In this document: positions 9,023-18,131 of the stretch, piece after piece | Position numbering within the stretch: position 1 is the stretch's first letter | Layout of the letters: each line of letters opens with the position of its first letter | Source of the DNA: Lawsonibacter asaccharolyticus | Lineage (GTDB): Bacteria > Bacillota > Clostridia > Oscillospirales > Ruminococcaceae | Reading direction: 5' to 3' | Length of the DNA stretch: 64,000 nucleotides | Assembly (NCBI GenBank): GCA_963599235.1 | Contig: CAVBWT010000012.1 | Location: 3,147-67,146 of the forward strand | Program-made: the position numbers and the translations under genes | Notes under the pieces: generated by a model | Told to the model about the DNA's origin: nothing | The model's database searches: none | What the model saw: the letters and a program-made list of their open reading frames with translations, nothing else

Positions 9023-9958
9023 TTAGTCCAGCGTATCGTTCAGCCCCAGACGGATGAGCAGTTCCTTTGCTGCGTTGTAGCCCATCTTTTTCTGACGGTT
9101 GTTGATAGCCGCTGTTTCCAGCACGACCGCAAGGTTACGGCCGGGCGAAACAGGGATGCTGGTGCTGGGGATATTGACACCCAAAATCTCGTAGTATTCA
9201 CTCTCGAGACCGGTGCGCTGGTAGTTCTTGGTCGGATCCCATGCTTCCAGCTGAACCACAAGGTCAAGACTTTCGCTGACCTTGACAGCACCAACGCCAA
9301 AGACACGTGCCACGTTCACGATACCAATGCCGCGCAGCTCGATAAAGTGGCGGATATTTTCCGGTGCCGTACCCATGATCTGACGGTTGGAGACTTTGCG
9401 CAGCTCCACGGCATCATCTGCGACGAGACGGTGGCCGCGCTTGACAAGCTCGATGGCAAGCTCGCTCTTGCCGATGCCGCTGTCGCCCAGAATCAGAATG
9501 CCCTCACCATAGACCTCGACCAGCACACCGTGACGGGTGATTCGGGGAGCCAGCTCCAGATTCAGCACACTGATAAGGCTGCCCATCAGGGTGCAGGTCG
9601 TCTCATTGGAGCGGAGCAGCGCGACCTGATGCTTTTCGGCCAGCTCCTGCATCTCCGGGAAAGGCTGCAGCTCCTCGCTGCGGCAGACGATGACGGCAGG
9701 CGGCTTCTGCCGGAACAGCTGGTCGAGGGCTTCGTACCGCTTTTCCGGCGAGAGTCCGGACAGGAAATTCATCTCCGCCAGACCCATGATCTGTAAGCGC
9801 AGTTTATCAAAATAATCGTAATAGCCGGCCAGAAACAGACCCGGACGGTTGACTTCAGCAATCTCGATCTGGATCTTGTCCTGATCCTGAGGCATATAGA
9901 CCACTTCCATGCTGACCTTCTCGATCAGCTTGCTGAGAGAAACGGAAAAATTCCCCAT
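9023..9958 (-). CDS. hprK: HPr kinase/phosphorylase
   Basis: LILGDSGIGKSELAIELVKRGHRLVADD Walker A/signature. Start set to ATG 9958 (GGAGGAAGAACG upstream); the longest ORF adds 15 non-conserved residues. Confidence 0.9.
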   Translation of the reverse strand: MGNFSVSLSKLIEKVSMEVVYMPQDQDKIQIEIAEVNRPGLFLAGYYDYFDKLRLQIMGLAEMNFLSGLSPEKRYEALDQLFRQKPPAVIVCRSEELQPFPEMQELAEKHQVALLRSNETTCTLMGSLISVLNLELAPRITRHGVLVEVYGEGILILGDSGIGKSELAIELVKRGHRLVADDAVELRKVSNRQIMGTAPENIRHFIELRGIGIVNVARVFGVGAVKVSESLDLVVQLEAWDPTKNYQRTGLESEYYEILGVNIPSTSIPVSPGRNLAVVLETAAINNRQKKMGYNAAKELLIRLGLNDTLD

Positions 9959-10142
9959 CGTTCTTCCTCCTGCGTTGTTTGCCCTCAGACTGCCGTATCG
10001 CACAGCAAGAGAGCCTGTTTCTTATTATTATAATAAATTCGGAGAAGAAAAACAATTCCTACAGAAATCTTTTCCGGATTTCTTGGGAAATCAGGGTTGC
10101 GAGTGAAGCAAAAGCCATTATAATAGGTACAGGGTGCTTGGC

Positions 10143-10199
10143 TTTACATTTTCTTTACTTTACATGAGTTTTACATTTATCCGATTTCGCATTTTACAT
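10143..10199 (+). promoter_or_regulatory. Array of PhoP/Pho-box-like direct repeats upstream of the Na/Pi-PhoU operon
   Basis: TTTACA hexamers at 10143, 10159, 10170 and 10193, plus TTTACT at 10154. Two pairs are exactly 11 bp apart (10143/10154 and 10159/10170). A TATACT -10-like hexamer lies at 10208..10213, and a TTGCGA-16-TATAAT promoter-like element at 10097..10124. Confidence 0.5.
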
Positions 10200-10259
10200 T
10201 CGGCCCGTATACTCATAAACAGGAGAACAACACGTCAAACATAAGTGAGGAACAACAAT

Positions 10260-12050
10260 ATGACGATCTTTAATGTCTTTTCTCTTTTTGGCGGTCTGGC
10301 CCTGTTTTTGTTCGGTATGGACATCATGGGCAAGGCTCTTGAAAAACAGGCTGGCGGACAGCTGCAAAAGATTTTGAGCAAGCTGACCGACAACCCCATC
10401 AAAGGTTTCTTTCTGGGTCTGTGCGTAACTGCCGTCATCCAGAGTTCCAGCGCGACCACGGTCATGGTCGTCGGTTTTGTCAACAGCGGCATCATGGAGC
10501 TGCATCAGGCCATTGGCGTTATCATGGGCAGCAACGTCGGTACCACTGTCACCAGCTGGATCCTTAGTCTTTCCGGCCTGCAGGGTGACAGTTTCCTGAT
10601 CCAGATGCTCAAGCCCACCTCGTTCAGCCCGGTACTGGCCTTCATCGGCATCATCCTTTATATGGGTAAAAACGAGAAACGTCAGGGCGTCGGAACCATT
10701 ATGATTGGTTTCGCCATCCTGATGACCGGTATGAGTACCATGTCCGCAGCGGTCGCTCCGCTCCAGAATGAGGCATGGTTCACCAACCTCTTTGTCCGCT
10801 TCTCCAACCCCATTCTCGGCGTTCTGGTCGGTGCCGTCGTCACTGGTGTTATCCAGAGTTCCAGTGCCAGTGTCGGCATTCTGCAGGCTCTCAGCTCGAC
10901 CGGCGTCATCACCTTCGGCAGTGCGATCCCCATCATCATGGGTCAGAACATCGGCACCTGCGTGACTGCCCTGCTCTCTTCGGTCGGCGCGAATAAGAAC
11001 GCACGCCGTGCCGCAATGGTTCATCTCTACTTCAACATCATTGGTGTTACCCTTTTCCTTGCAGTCTTCTACAGCCTGAATGCTGTTCTTCACTTCACCT
11101 TTGTCAACGACACTGTCACCGCTTGGGGCATTGCAGTCGTTCACTCGAGCTTCAACCTGAGCGCAACGGCAGTTCTGCTTCCCTTCGCAAATGTCCTCGA
11201 AAAGCTGGCAATCGCCACCATTCCGGACGATGCAAAGCAGGAAAGCTTTGCTCTGTTGGATGAGCGTCTTCTGAATACGCCTGCTATGGCAGTCGAACGT
11301 GCCCGTTCCGCAACCGCAGAGATGGCAGAGCTTGCCCGTGTCGGCGTCATTCAGGCCATGAGCCTGACCCACACCTGGAACGATGAACTTGCTCAGAAAG
11401 TCCGTGAGGAAGAATGCAAGGTCGACCAGTATGAAGACGCCCTCGGCACCTATCTGGTAAAGCTGTCCGGCCGGGAACTGAATCACGCCGACAGCCAGAG
11501 CGTCAATACTCTGCTCCACACCATCAGCGATTTCGAGCGCATCAGCGACCACTCCGTCAACCTTCTGGAATCTGCTGAAGAGATGCACACCAAGAACGTC
11601 AACTTCTCAAAGGACGCACGGGAAGAACTGCAGGTTTTGGAAGACGCCGTGCAGGATACCCTGAACCGTACTACGGATGCGTTCCGCAAAGGTGACCTGC
11701 ATCTGGCAAGCAAAGTCGAGCCACTGGAGCAGGTCGTTGACGAGCTGGTTCGTGCCACCAAAGCACGCCACATCGCCCGTCTGCAGGCCGGCAGCTGCTC
11801 CATCGAGTACGGCTTTATTCTGGATGACCTGCTGACGAATTATGAGCGTGTCTGCGACCATTGCAGTAACGTCGCTGTTGCGCAGATCGAGGTAGCGCAG
11901 GACAGCTTTGACACTCACGCTTATCTGAATGACCTCAAGAGCGGCCACGACTCCAAGGAAAGCGAACAGTTCCAGCGTCGGCTCGACCGCTACCGTGAAC
12001 GCTATCTCTTCCCTGAAGACAATGAAACTGTGGAGAAACCTAAAGCATGA
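10260..12050 (+). CDS. Na/Pi cotransporter family protein with C-terminal PhoU-like domain (YjbB/NptA-like)
   Basis: Duplicated QSSSA motifs (AVIQSSSATTV and GVIQSSSASVG) in a polytopic N-terminal half, and a helical PhoU-like C-terminal half. ATG 10260 is preceded by GAGGAA; the track start 10245 is a GTG. The stop overlaps the next start (ATGA). Confidence 0.85.
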   Translation: MTIFNVFSLFGGLALFLFGMDIMGKALEKQAGGQLQKILSKLTDNPIKGFFLGLCVTAVIQSSSATTVMVVGFVNSGIMELHQAIGVIMGSNVGTTVTSWILSLSGLQGDSFLIQMLKPTSFSPVLAFIGIILYMGKNEKRQGVGTIMIGFAILMTGMSTMSAAVAPLQNEAWFTNLFVRFSNPILGVLVGAVVTGVIQSSSASVGILQALSSTGVITFGSAIPIIMGQNIGTCVTALLSSVGANKNARRAAMVHLYFNIIGVTLFLAVFYSLNAVLHFTFVNDTVTAWGIAVVHSSFNLSATAVLLPFANVLEKLAIATIPDDAKQESFALLDERLLNTPAMAVERARSATAEMAELARVGVIQAMSLTHTWNDELAQKVREEECKVDQYEDALGTYLVKLSGRELNHADSQSVNTLLHTISDFERISDHSVNLLESAEEMHTKNVNFSKDAREELQVLEDAVQDTLNRTTDAFRKGDLHLASKVEPLEQVVDELVRATKARHIARLQAGSCSIEYGFILDDLLTNYERVCDHCSNVAVAQIEVAQDSFDTHAYLNDLKSGHDSKESEQFQRRLDRYRERYLFPEDNETVEKPKA

Positions 12051-12736
12051 TCTATATTGTTGAAGACGATGCTGCCATCCGGGAGCTGGAACAGTACGCA
12101 CTGCAATCCAGCGGCTACGATGTAAGCAGCTTTGAATCCTCGGAACCTTTCTGGCAGGCAATGCACAACGCTGCGCCGGAACTTGTCATCCTTGACGTAA
12201 TGCTGCCGGGCGAGGACGGCTTTTCCATCCTGAAAAAGCTGCGCAACACCCCTTCCCTCAAACGTCTGCCCATCATCATGGTGACGGCAAAATCAAGCGA
12301 GCTGGACACTGTGCGCGGCTTGGACTGCGGTGCAGACGATTACATTACGAAACCCTTTGGCATCATGGAATTTCTGAGTCGTGTTCGTGCAGCACTCCGC
12401 CGCTCAGCACCGGAGGCTCGGCCGGACGTTTATGCGTTCCATGAAATTCTGCTGGACAATGCCCGGCACAGCGTGACTGTCAACGGTACAAACGTCGACC
12501 TGACCTACAAGGAATACAGTCTGCTTCGTCTTCTGCTGGAACACACCAACCTTGTTGTGACTCGTGAGACGATTTTACAGGTCGTCTGGGGTACCGACAT
12601 TTCGGTGGAAAGCCGGACGGTCGATATGCACATCCGTACTCTGCGGAAAAAACTGGGTGACGCTGGCCGGTACATCTGCACCGTCCGCAAGGTTGGCTAC
12701 AAGCTGGCGGACAGCGAGGAGGAAAGCGAAGAATGA
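12047..12736 (+). CDS. OmpR/PhoB-family response regulator
   Basis: Receiver domain (ELVILDVMLPGEDG) plus a winged-helix output (RTVDMHIRTLRKKL, VRKVGYKL). ATGA overlaps at both ends. Confidence 0.9.
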   Translation: MIYIVEDDAAIRELEQYALQSSGYDVSSFESSEPFWQAMHNAAPELVILDVMLPGEDGFSILKKLRNTPSLKRLPIIMVTAKSSELDTVRGLDCGADDYITKPFGIMEFLSRVRAALRRSAPEARPDVYAFHEILLDNARHSVTVNGTNVDLTYKEYSLLRLLLEHTNLVVTRETILQVVWGTDISVESRTVDMHIRTLRKKLGDAGRYICTVRKVGYKLADSEEESEE

Positions 12737-14082
12737 AATCACGCAGCATGGAAGAAAAAATCAGCTACCGTCTTTTTCTGATGGGTTTTGTCGGTCTGGT
12801 CTGCACCGCCGTACTCTGTATTTTTGTATTCCATAAAGCGTTTACGGCGCAGGCATGGACTGCCCTCGAAAACGAGACGAAGCTTATCACCGCCGGATAC
12901 AGCCAGCTCGATGACCCCAGCGATTTGTCCGCTTTTGTCACCAGCGACCTGCGCATTACCCTGATCGCCTCAGACGGCAGCGTCATTTTTGAGTCGGCCA
13001 CCTCGCAGCAGATGGAAAACCACCTCAGCCGTCCGGAGATCCAGCAGGCCATGCAGGATGGCGTTGGCCGTGACCGCCGGGACTCCCAGACCATGGGATT
13101 TGAGACTTATTACTACGCCATGCTGTTGGACAATGGTGACATCCTTCGTGTGGCGCAGGACTCCGAAACCGTCTGGTCGATCTACGATGAAACGCTTCCT
13201 GCCATCGTCCTAAGCTGCGTACTGATGATGTTTTCCGCTGCGCTGATGGCCGGACTGCTCACCCGAAGCCTTGTACAACCAGTCCTTAAAATGACGGATG
13301 ACCTCGACCACATTCAGGACAATGTTCCCTATACAGAGCTTGTGCCCTTCGCTGAGAGCATCCATTCTGACCGGCTGCTGCGAGAAAACAACGAGAAAAT
13401 GCGGCAGGAATTTACCGCAAATGTCAGCCATGAGCTGAAAACTCCGCTGACAAGCATTTCCGGATACGCTGAACTGATTGAGACCGGCATCGCAAAACCC
13501 GAGGATATTCCGGGATTTGGCCACAAGATCCATGTGGAAGCGACTCGGATGATCCAGCTCGTCAATGATATTTTGCAGCTGTCGCATCTCGATAATGTCA
13601 GCGAAACCGGCAACGAACCTACAATGGAGACCGTCGACCTGCTGGATGTTGCAAAAGAATGTGTTGAACGGCAAAAAATGAACGCCAAGCGGTCGTATAT
13701 TTCTCTCACCTATCTCGGCGAGAGCGCACCGGTGCTTGGCAGCCGGAGTCTGTTGGATGAGTTATGTCAGAATCTCTGCGACAACGCCATCCGGTACAAC
13801 CGTCCCGGCGGAAAAGTCCAAATCATCACAGCCTGCACCCGTGACGGCCATTGCAGCCTGACGGTCAAGGATAACGGCATCGGCATTCCGAAAGAATCAC
13901 AGTCCAGCGTGTTTGAACGCTTTTACCGGGTCGACAAGAGCCGGAGCAAAGCCACCGGCGGAACCGGCCTTGGTCTTGCTATCGTCAAACACATTGCCCG
14001 TATTCACAATGCGAAGATCAAGCTGGAAAGCGAAATTGATGAAGGCACAACCATTACCGTCATTTTTGAGACGGCACACTGA
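12733..14082 (+). CDS. Sensor histidine kinase (PhoR-like topology)
   Basis: Two TM segments flank a roughly 130-aa extracytoplasmic domain. H-box SHELKTPLTSISGY and ATP-binding boxes (DNAIRYN, DNGIGIP, GGTGLGLAIV). Confidence 0.9.
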   Translation: MKSRSMEEKISYRLFLMGFVGLVCTAVLCIFVFHKAFTAQAWTALENETKLITAGYSQLDDPSDLSAFVTSDLRITLIASDGSVIFESATSQQMENHLSRPEIQQAMQDGVGRDRRDSQTMGFETYYYAMLLDNGDILRVAQDSETVWSIYDETLPAIVLSCVLMMFSAALMAGLLTRSLVQPVLKMTDDLDHIQDNVPYTELVPFAESIHSDRLLRENNEKMRQEFTANVSHELKTPLTSISGYAELIETGIAKPEDIPGFGHKIHVEATRMIQLVNDILQLSHLDNVSETGNEPTMETVDLLDVAKECVERQKMNAKRSYISLTYLGESAPVLGSRSLLDELCQNLCDNAIRYNRPGGKVQIITACTRDGHCSLTVKDNGIGIPKESQSSVFERFYRVDKSRSKATGGTGLGLAIVKHIARIHNAKIKLESEIDEGTTITVIFETAH

Positions 14083-14085
14083 GCT

Positions 14086-15045
14086 TTAAAAAATCACAAC
14101 GTCTGTCCGTAAATTCGGGCAGGCGTTTTTTGTTGTCAGTGCGTTTGTTTCATCCCGTAATGCCTGCACAGCTGAAAGGCGGAGCAGATCAAATCCCTGT
14201 TCCCAGCAGAGCCGAACGGTTTCTGTGCAGAGCGTTTCCCACCGGGTGCGTTCCTCGTCTGTCGGTTTACGGCTATCCGATGGAACTCGGCAGGTCAGAA
14301 CAAGATGAAAGCTCTCCCCTTCTGCTTCGACCGACTGTGCAAGTCTTGTCAGCTCGACCGGGTTCGTCTCAGTCTGAAACCGACAGGTACGTTTTTTGCC
14401 GGACAAGAATAAAGCGGCTTCAGTCTGGTCTGCGGCCAGAGTCGTCTGGCCTTTTTCGGTGAGGAGCAATCGCTCATCCCGATTGGAAAGCTCACCACCG
14501 TCCAGCTCTAAAACCGGAAGAAGGATACCATTTCGGTTTTCGTAGAGACGAGGTGCAGTCTGATCCGATTTGAGCAAATCAAGAAGCGATTCGGGCAGAT
14601 ATTCATCCTCTTCCGCCTGCTTTTCCAACGTGGTACCGGAGAAATTCACACAGAACACATGGGAAGCTAACCGGCCATACGGACGCTCGAGAAAAAGCGA
14701 CTCACAGATTTGAACCGCTTCAAAATCACTTTCCTGCCCCAGAAGCAGATAATCGCAGAGACGATAACTGGCTTTGCGTGGAAGTTTTTCTTCTGCCTGC
14801 GTCAAAGCGGCCTGCGGCGTCCGACCGGATGAAAGTGCAAATCGTATTTTCGCATCTGTTTCAGAGGCATCAGCAGAAGCTTCCGGAAACTGATAGAGTA
14901 GACCGGCCGACCAACCGGTTTCGGTCTGTTCCAGAAACAGCGCACGGACGATGCTTTTCTGGGTACTTTCTGTGCGCAGGAACAACAGGCACCAGACGAT
15001 GACGACTCCCACAGCAAAAATTTTCAGGGTACAGTTTTGGGTCAT
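14086..15045 (-). CDS. GerxC-like germination protein, short and without a canonical lipobox
   Basis: Third gene of the gerA-type operon (ATGA overlap with the upstream gene). 319 aa with an N-terminal hydrophobic anchor (KIFAVGVVIVWCLLFL). The assignment rests mainly on operon position and weak resemblance. Confidence 0.45.
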   Translation of the reverse strand: MTQNCTLKIFAVGVVIVWCLLFLRTESTQKSIVRALFLEQTETGWSAGLLYQFPEASADASETDAKIRFALSSGRTPQAALTQAEEKLPRKASYRLCDYLLLGQESDFEAVQICESLFLERPYGRLASHVFCVNFSGTTLEKQAEEDEYLPESLLDLLKSDQTAPRLYENRNGILLPVLELDGGELSNRDERLLLTEKGQTTLAADQTEAALFLSGKKRTCRFQTETNPVELTRLAQSVEAEGESFHLVLTCRVPSDSRKPTDEERTRWETLCTETVRLCWEQGFDLLRLSAVQALRDETNALTTKNACPNLRTDVVIF

Positions 15046-15890
15046 GGCTCCACCTCTCTGTTTTGGATGGTGGAATCAAAGAAACGTTCGGCCAGCACAC
15101 GGAGAATTTGAACCAACAGGCAGATGCGGAACAGTCCGACGGCAAGCCAGACCAGCAGAAACAGCGAATCGAGCCGAGAGAACATGCCCAGCATCCACGC
15201 ATGGAGAAGCTCATAGCCCGGATAATTCTGCGCCGAACCGAAAAGCAGCCCCATTCCAAAACGCCAACTGCCTTCCAGCAGGAATGCACACAATGGAAGC
15301 CATGGCATCCAGTAAGATTTCGGTGAAGGAGTTTCTTTTGAACCAACCAGCAAAAATGCAAAATATTCCGCATAAATCGGCACATTGATTCGGCTCACAG
15401 CACGGGAAGAAACAGATGTGCTTTCCAGCAGGTTCTGCCAATGAAATTGTCCGGCAAGACCGGCAACGCAGATGATTCCAACAGCAATCATCTGCACCCA
15501 CAGGATTTTTGCGGCACGGGAAAAGATCTCCGGAGAAAGACACCAGCCACCCAGTAACAGCAGCGGCAAAACACCTATGACCGCCATCGAGGAAAACTGC
15601 TCCCAGCAAACCATTTGCGCATCCCAGACAGCGGATACCAGCTCGGCAGCAAACCAAAGCAGAAGTCCGGCCTGCGCAAAACGGGAAAGAAGGTTATCTC
15701 CTGAGAAAATGCCGCTGTTTGCGAGAAGGCTCGACAAAATTACCACCCCAACGGCCAGTGGAAAGCCGCCCAGCAAAAACGCACGGGCAGAAAGGCCACT
15801 TCCCGAAAGGCTCTGCATACAGTTTGCCAGCACTGCGGCTGTAATGCTCAGGGTGAATACGCTTGGCGAAAATGTTCCGATGTTCCGCAT
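15042..15890 (-). CDS. GerxB-like spore germination permease, short (282 aa)
   Basis: Polytopic membrane protein. The C-terminal FSRLDSLFLLVWLAVGLF resembles the conserved ERxES..VW region of GerAB-family permeases. TAATG overlap with the A subunit gene. Confidence 0.55.
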   Translation of the reverse strand: MRNIGTFSPSVFTLSITAAVLANCMQSLSGSGLSARAFLLGGFPLAVGVVILSSLLANSGIFSGDNLLSRFAQAGLLLWFAAELVSAVWDAQMVCWEQFSSMAVIGVLPLLLLGGWCLSPEIFSRAAKILWVQMIAVGIICVAGLAGQFHWQNLLESTSVSSRAVSRINVPIYAEYFAFLLVGSKETPSPKSYWMPWLPLCAFLLEGSWRFGMGLLFGSAQNYPGYELLHAWMLGMFSRLDSLFLLVWLAVGLFRICLLVQILRVLAERFFDSTIQNREVEP

Positions 15891-17353
15891 TATTTGTCAC
15901 CCCGTTTCTGCCATATGGTAAAGGGATTCCGGGAGAGTATTCGATAGTTGCGGCGAATCACGCCATCGTCGGAGAGAGTATTTTCCGGAAATGTGTTCTC
16001 TGCCAGATAGGACACACCCATCGCCGAAACGCTGGTGAGTGCGAAAAGGACGAACAGCCCTGCTCCCACCAGACCCACCGGCCCGGCCAGACCTGCCGCC
16101 AGCACTACAATGAGCCGAAGCAGTGTCGCTGGTTCGTAGAGGGAGGGCGTAACAAAAATAGCAATAGATGTTATCGAAGCAGTCAGGATGACCGGCGTAC
16201 TCATCAGCCCCGTCGCAATAGCGGCATCTCCCACGATGAGGGCCGCCACCAGACTAACCGAGTGCCCTAGTGTCTGAGGCATCCGAAGTCCAGCTTCCCG
16301 GATGACTTCCAAAATCAAAATCACCATCAGCATCTCCGCGAAAAGCGGCAGGGGTGTTGCCTGCTCTGCCGCCTCAATTTTAAAAAGAAGCTGTGGGGGG
16401 ATCAGCTCGGGCAGATAGACCGCCAGACAGACGAAACTTCCGGGCAGAAAAATACTCAGATAGAACGACATATATTTTAAAAGCCGCAGGAACGACGAAA
16501 AAACAGCTGTTGTGGCGTAATCGTCAAGACAATCAAAATTTTCACAGAAAAGAGTCGGCAGGATCATCGCCGACGGACTTCCATTGACAAGAAGAACGAT
16601 TTTTCCCTCGCAAAGCTTTGCCGATGCCACAGCCGGACGTTCGGTGTAACCTACCGGAGCGAAAAAACGAAACTTTCCCGGAAAGAGCCACGGCACAAAA
16701 TAGCTCGAATCCAGCAGCATGGTCGGCTTTGCCGTCTGCAGTGTCCGGCGAACTTTGTCGACGACCTCTTTTCGCACTCTTCCCTTACAATAACAAAGAG
16801 CGTATTCGGTTTTCATCTCGCAATCCGCCTGCTCCACCTCCATGACCAATTGTTCGGTACGAATGAGCCGTCGGAGAAGACTTAGATTGACCCGGAGCAG
16901 GTCGGTAAAGCCCTCCCGGGAGCCACGAAGATTTCCTTCGCCGGACGGTTCCTCCACTGAACGGAATTTCAACCCCTGCACCGAAAATACGATGCCTTTC
17001 TCACAGCCATCCAGTAGCAGAACACACATCCCGGCAGTCAGCCGTTTGATAAGGTCCTCAAAATCCGTGACCGGTATATTCTCGGCAGGCAAGTCGGAGT
17101 GACTGAAGATCAACTCAAAAATCTGCTCACCGCTGTTGATGGCCGTCTCTCCGGGCAGGAGCATCTGCGTTCTGCGGTCGACTGCATCCAGCAAAAGCTG
17201 CCAGAGCGAATCCAGACTTGCCATCCCGTCAAACAGAAAAATCGTGCCGGCGCAATGGTAAAGCTCGATATCCTTCGCATAAAAATCAGCCGATTTGCCA
17301 AACATAGCATCGAGCATTTCACGGTTTTGGGAAAGTCTTTTTGATAGCTGCAC
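15890..17353 (-). CDS. Spore germination protein, GerA/GerKA (A subunit) family
   Basis: LLDSSYFVPWLF, IVLLVNGSPSAMILPTLFCENF and a C-terminal 5-TM region are typical of GerAA. Start proposed at GTG 17353 (AAGGGGGG 7 nt upstream). The longest ORF (to 17452) would swallow the promoter-like element and overlap the divergent DUF421 gene. Confidence 0.85.
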   Translation of the reverse strand: MQLSKRLSQNREMLDAMFGKSADFYAKDIELYHCAGTIFLFDGMASLDSLWQLLLDAVDRRTQMLLPGETAINSGEQIFELIFSHSDLPAENIPVTDFEDLIKRLTAGMCVLLLDGCEKGIVFSVQGLKFRSVEEPSGEGNLRGSREGFTDLLRVNLSLLRRLIRTEQLVMEVEQADCEMKTEYALCYCKGRVRKEVVDKVRRTLQTAKPTMLLDSSYFVPWLFPGKFRFFAPVGYTERPAVASAKLCEGKIVLLVNGSPSAMILPTLFCENFDCLDDYATTAVFSSFLRLLKYMSFYLSIFLPGSFVCLAVYLPELIPPQLLFKIEAAEQATPLPLFAEMLMVILILEVIREAGLRMPQTLGHSVSLVAALIVGDAAIATGLMSTPVILTASITSIAIFVTPSLYEPATLLRLIVVLAAGLAGPVGLVGAGLFVLFALTSVSAMGVSYLAENTFPENTLSDDGVIRRNYRILSRNPFTIWQKRGDK

Positions 17354-17375
17354 ACAACCGCCCCCCTTTACAGGG

Positions 17376-17406
17376 CAGTATGCACCCGAAACCTTCCGGC
17401 TATTCA
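17376..17406 (-). promoter_or_regulatory. Forespore sigma-G-like promoter candidate for the gerA-type operon
   Basis: Minus strand reads TGAATA (17406..17401), an 18-nt spacer, then CATACTG (17382..17376). Compare the B. subtilis sigma-G consensus GHATR-17/18-CATNNTA. Confidence 0.45.
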
Positions 17407-17429
17407 ATTCCACCCAAGGAGGCATCGTT

Positions 17430-18122
17430 TTGAAGCTGCTGATTTTCCGCACGATTTTGATTTATCTCTGTGTATTGTTCGCTATGCGTCTGATGGGAAA
17501 ACGCCAGCTGGGTGAACTGCAGCCTGAGGAGCTTGTCTCGACCATCCTCATCTCCAATCTGGCATCCATCTCCATTGAGTCGGAGGAAGTTCCCATCACG
17601 GCCAGCCTTATCCCCCTTTTTCTTATTGCTGCGCTGGAATTATTTGGTTCTATGCTGAGTTTCCGAAGCCAGAAATTTTTTAACTTGATGTCCGGACGTC
17701 CTAAAACTGTGATTTTGGATGGCAAAATCGACCAAAATGCCCTGCGGATGCTCCGACTGACAACGGCTGACCTGATGGAAGCTCTACGAGGAAAAGATAT
17801 TTTTGACCCAAGAGATGTTTCCTATGCCATTATCGAGACAAACGGCACCCTTTCGGTGGCTGTCCGTCCGGAAAAGGAAGCAGCTACCCTCTCCGATTTA
17901 AAGCTACCTGTCCAGCGGACACAGGCAACGATACCGTTCGTGTTGGACGGACAGATTCTAGAGGACAATCTGCGATGGTGCGGCAAAGACCGGATGTGGC
18001 TAGAGCGAACAGCGCAGGCAAATACTCTGCTGCCGGAAGAAATTTTATTGCTCATCGGGAATGACAGCGAAGACTATTTCCTTGTAAAAAAAGAGAACCG
18101 CCACAAGGACGGTTCTCAGTGA
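17430..18122 (+). CDS. DUF421 domain membrane protein (YetF/YdfS-like)
   Basis: LKLLIFRTILIYLCVLFAMRLMGKRQLGELQPEELVSTILISNLASI is a typical DUF421 N-terminus. TTG 17430 is preceded by AAGGAGG; the track start 17295 lies inside the divergent gene. Confidence 0.8.
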   Translation: MKLLIFRTILIYLCVLFAMRLMGKRQLGELQPEELVSTILISNLASISIESEEVPITASLIPLFLIAALELFGSMLSFRSQKFFNLMSGRPKTVILDGKIDQNALRMLRLTTADLMEALRGKDIFDPRDVSYAIIETNGTLSVAVRPEKEAATLSDLKLPVQRTQATIPFVLDGQILEDNLRWCGKDRMWLERTAQANTLLPEEILLLIGNDSEDYFLVKKENRHKDGSQ

Positions 18123-18131
18123 GGTGAAAAT

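Noticed and set aside
17354-17452. Longest-ORF start of gerAA (ATG 17452), overlapping the divergent DUF421 gene start.
   Set aside because: The added 33 residues are not GerA-like. They contain the sigma-G-like promoter and lack an RBS. GTG 17353 with an AAGGGGGG RBS is preferred, but the start remains unverified.
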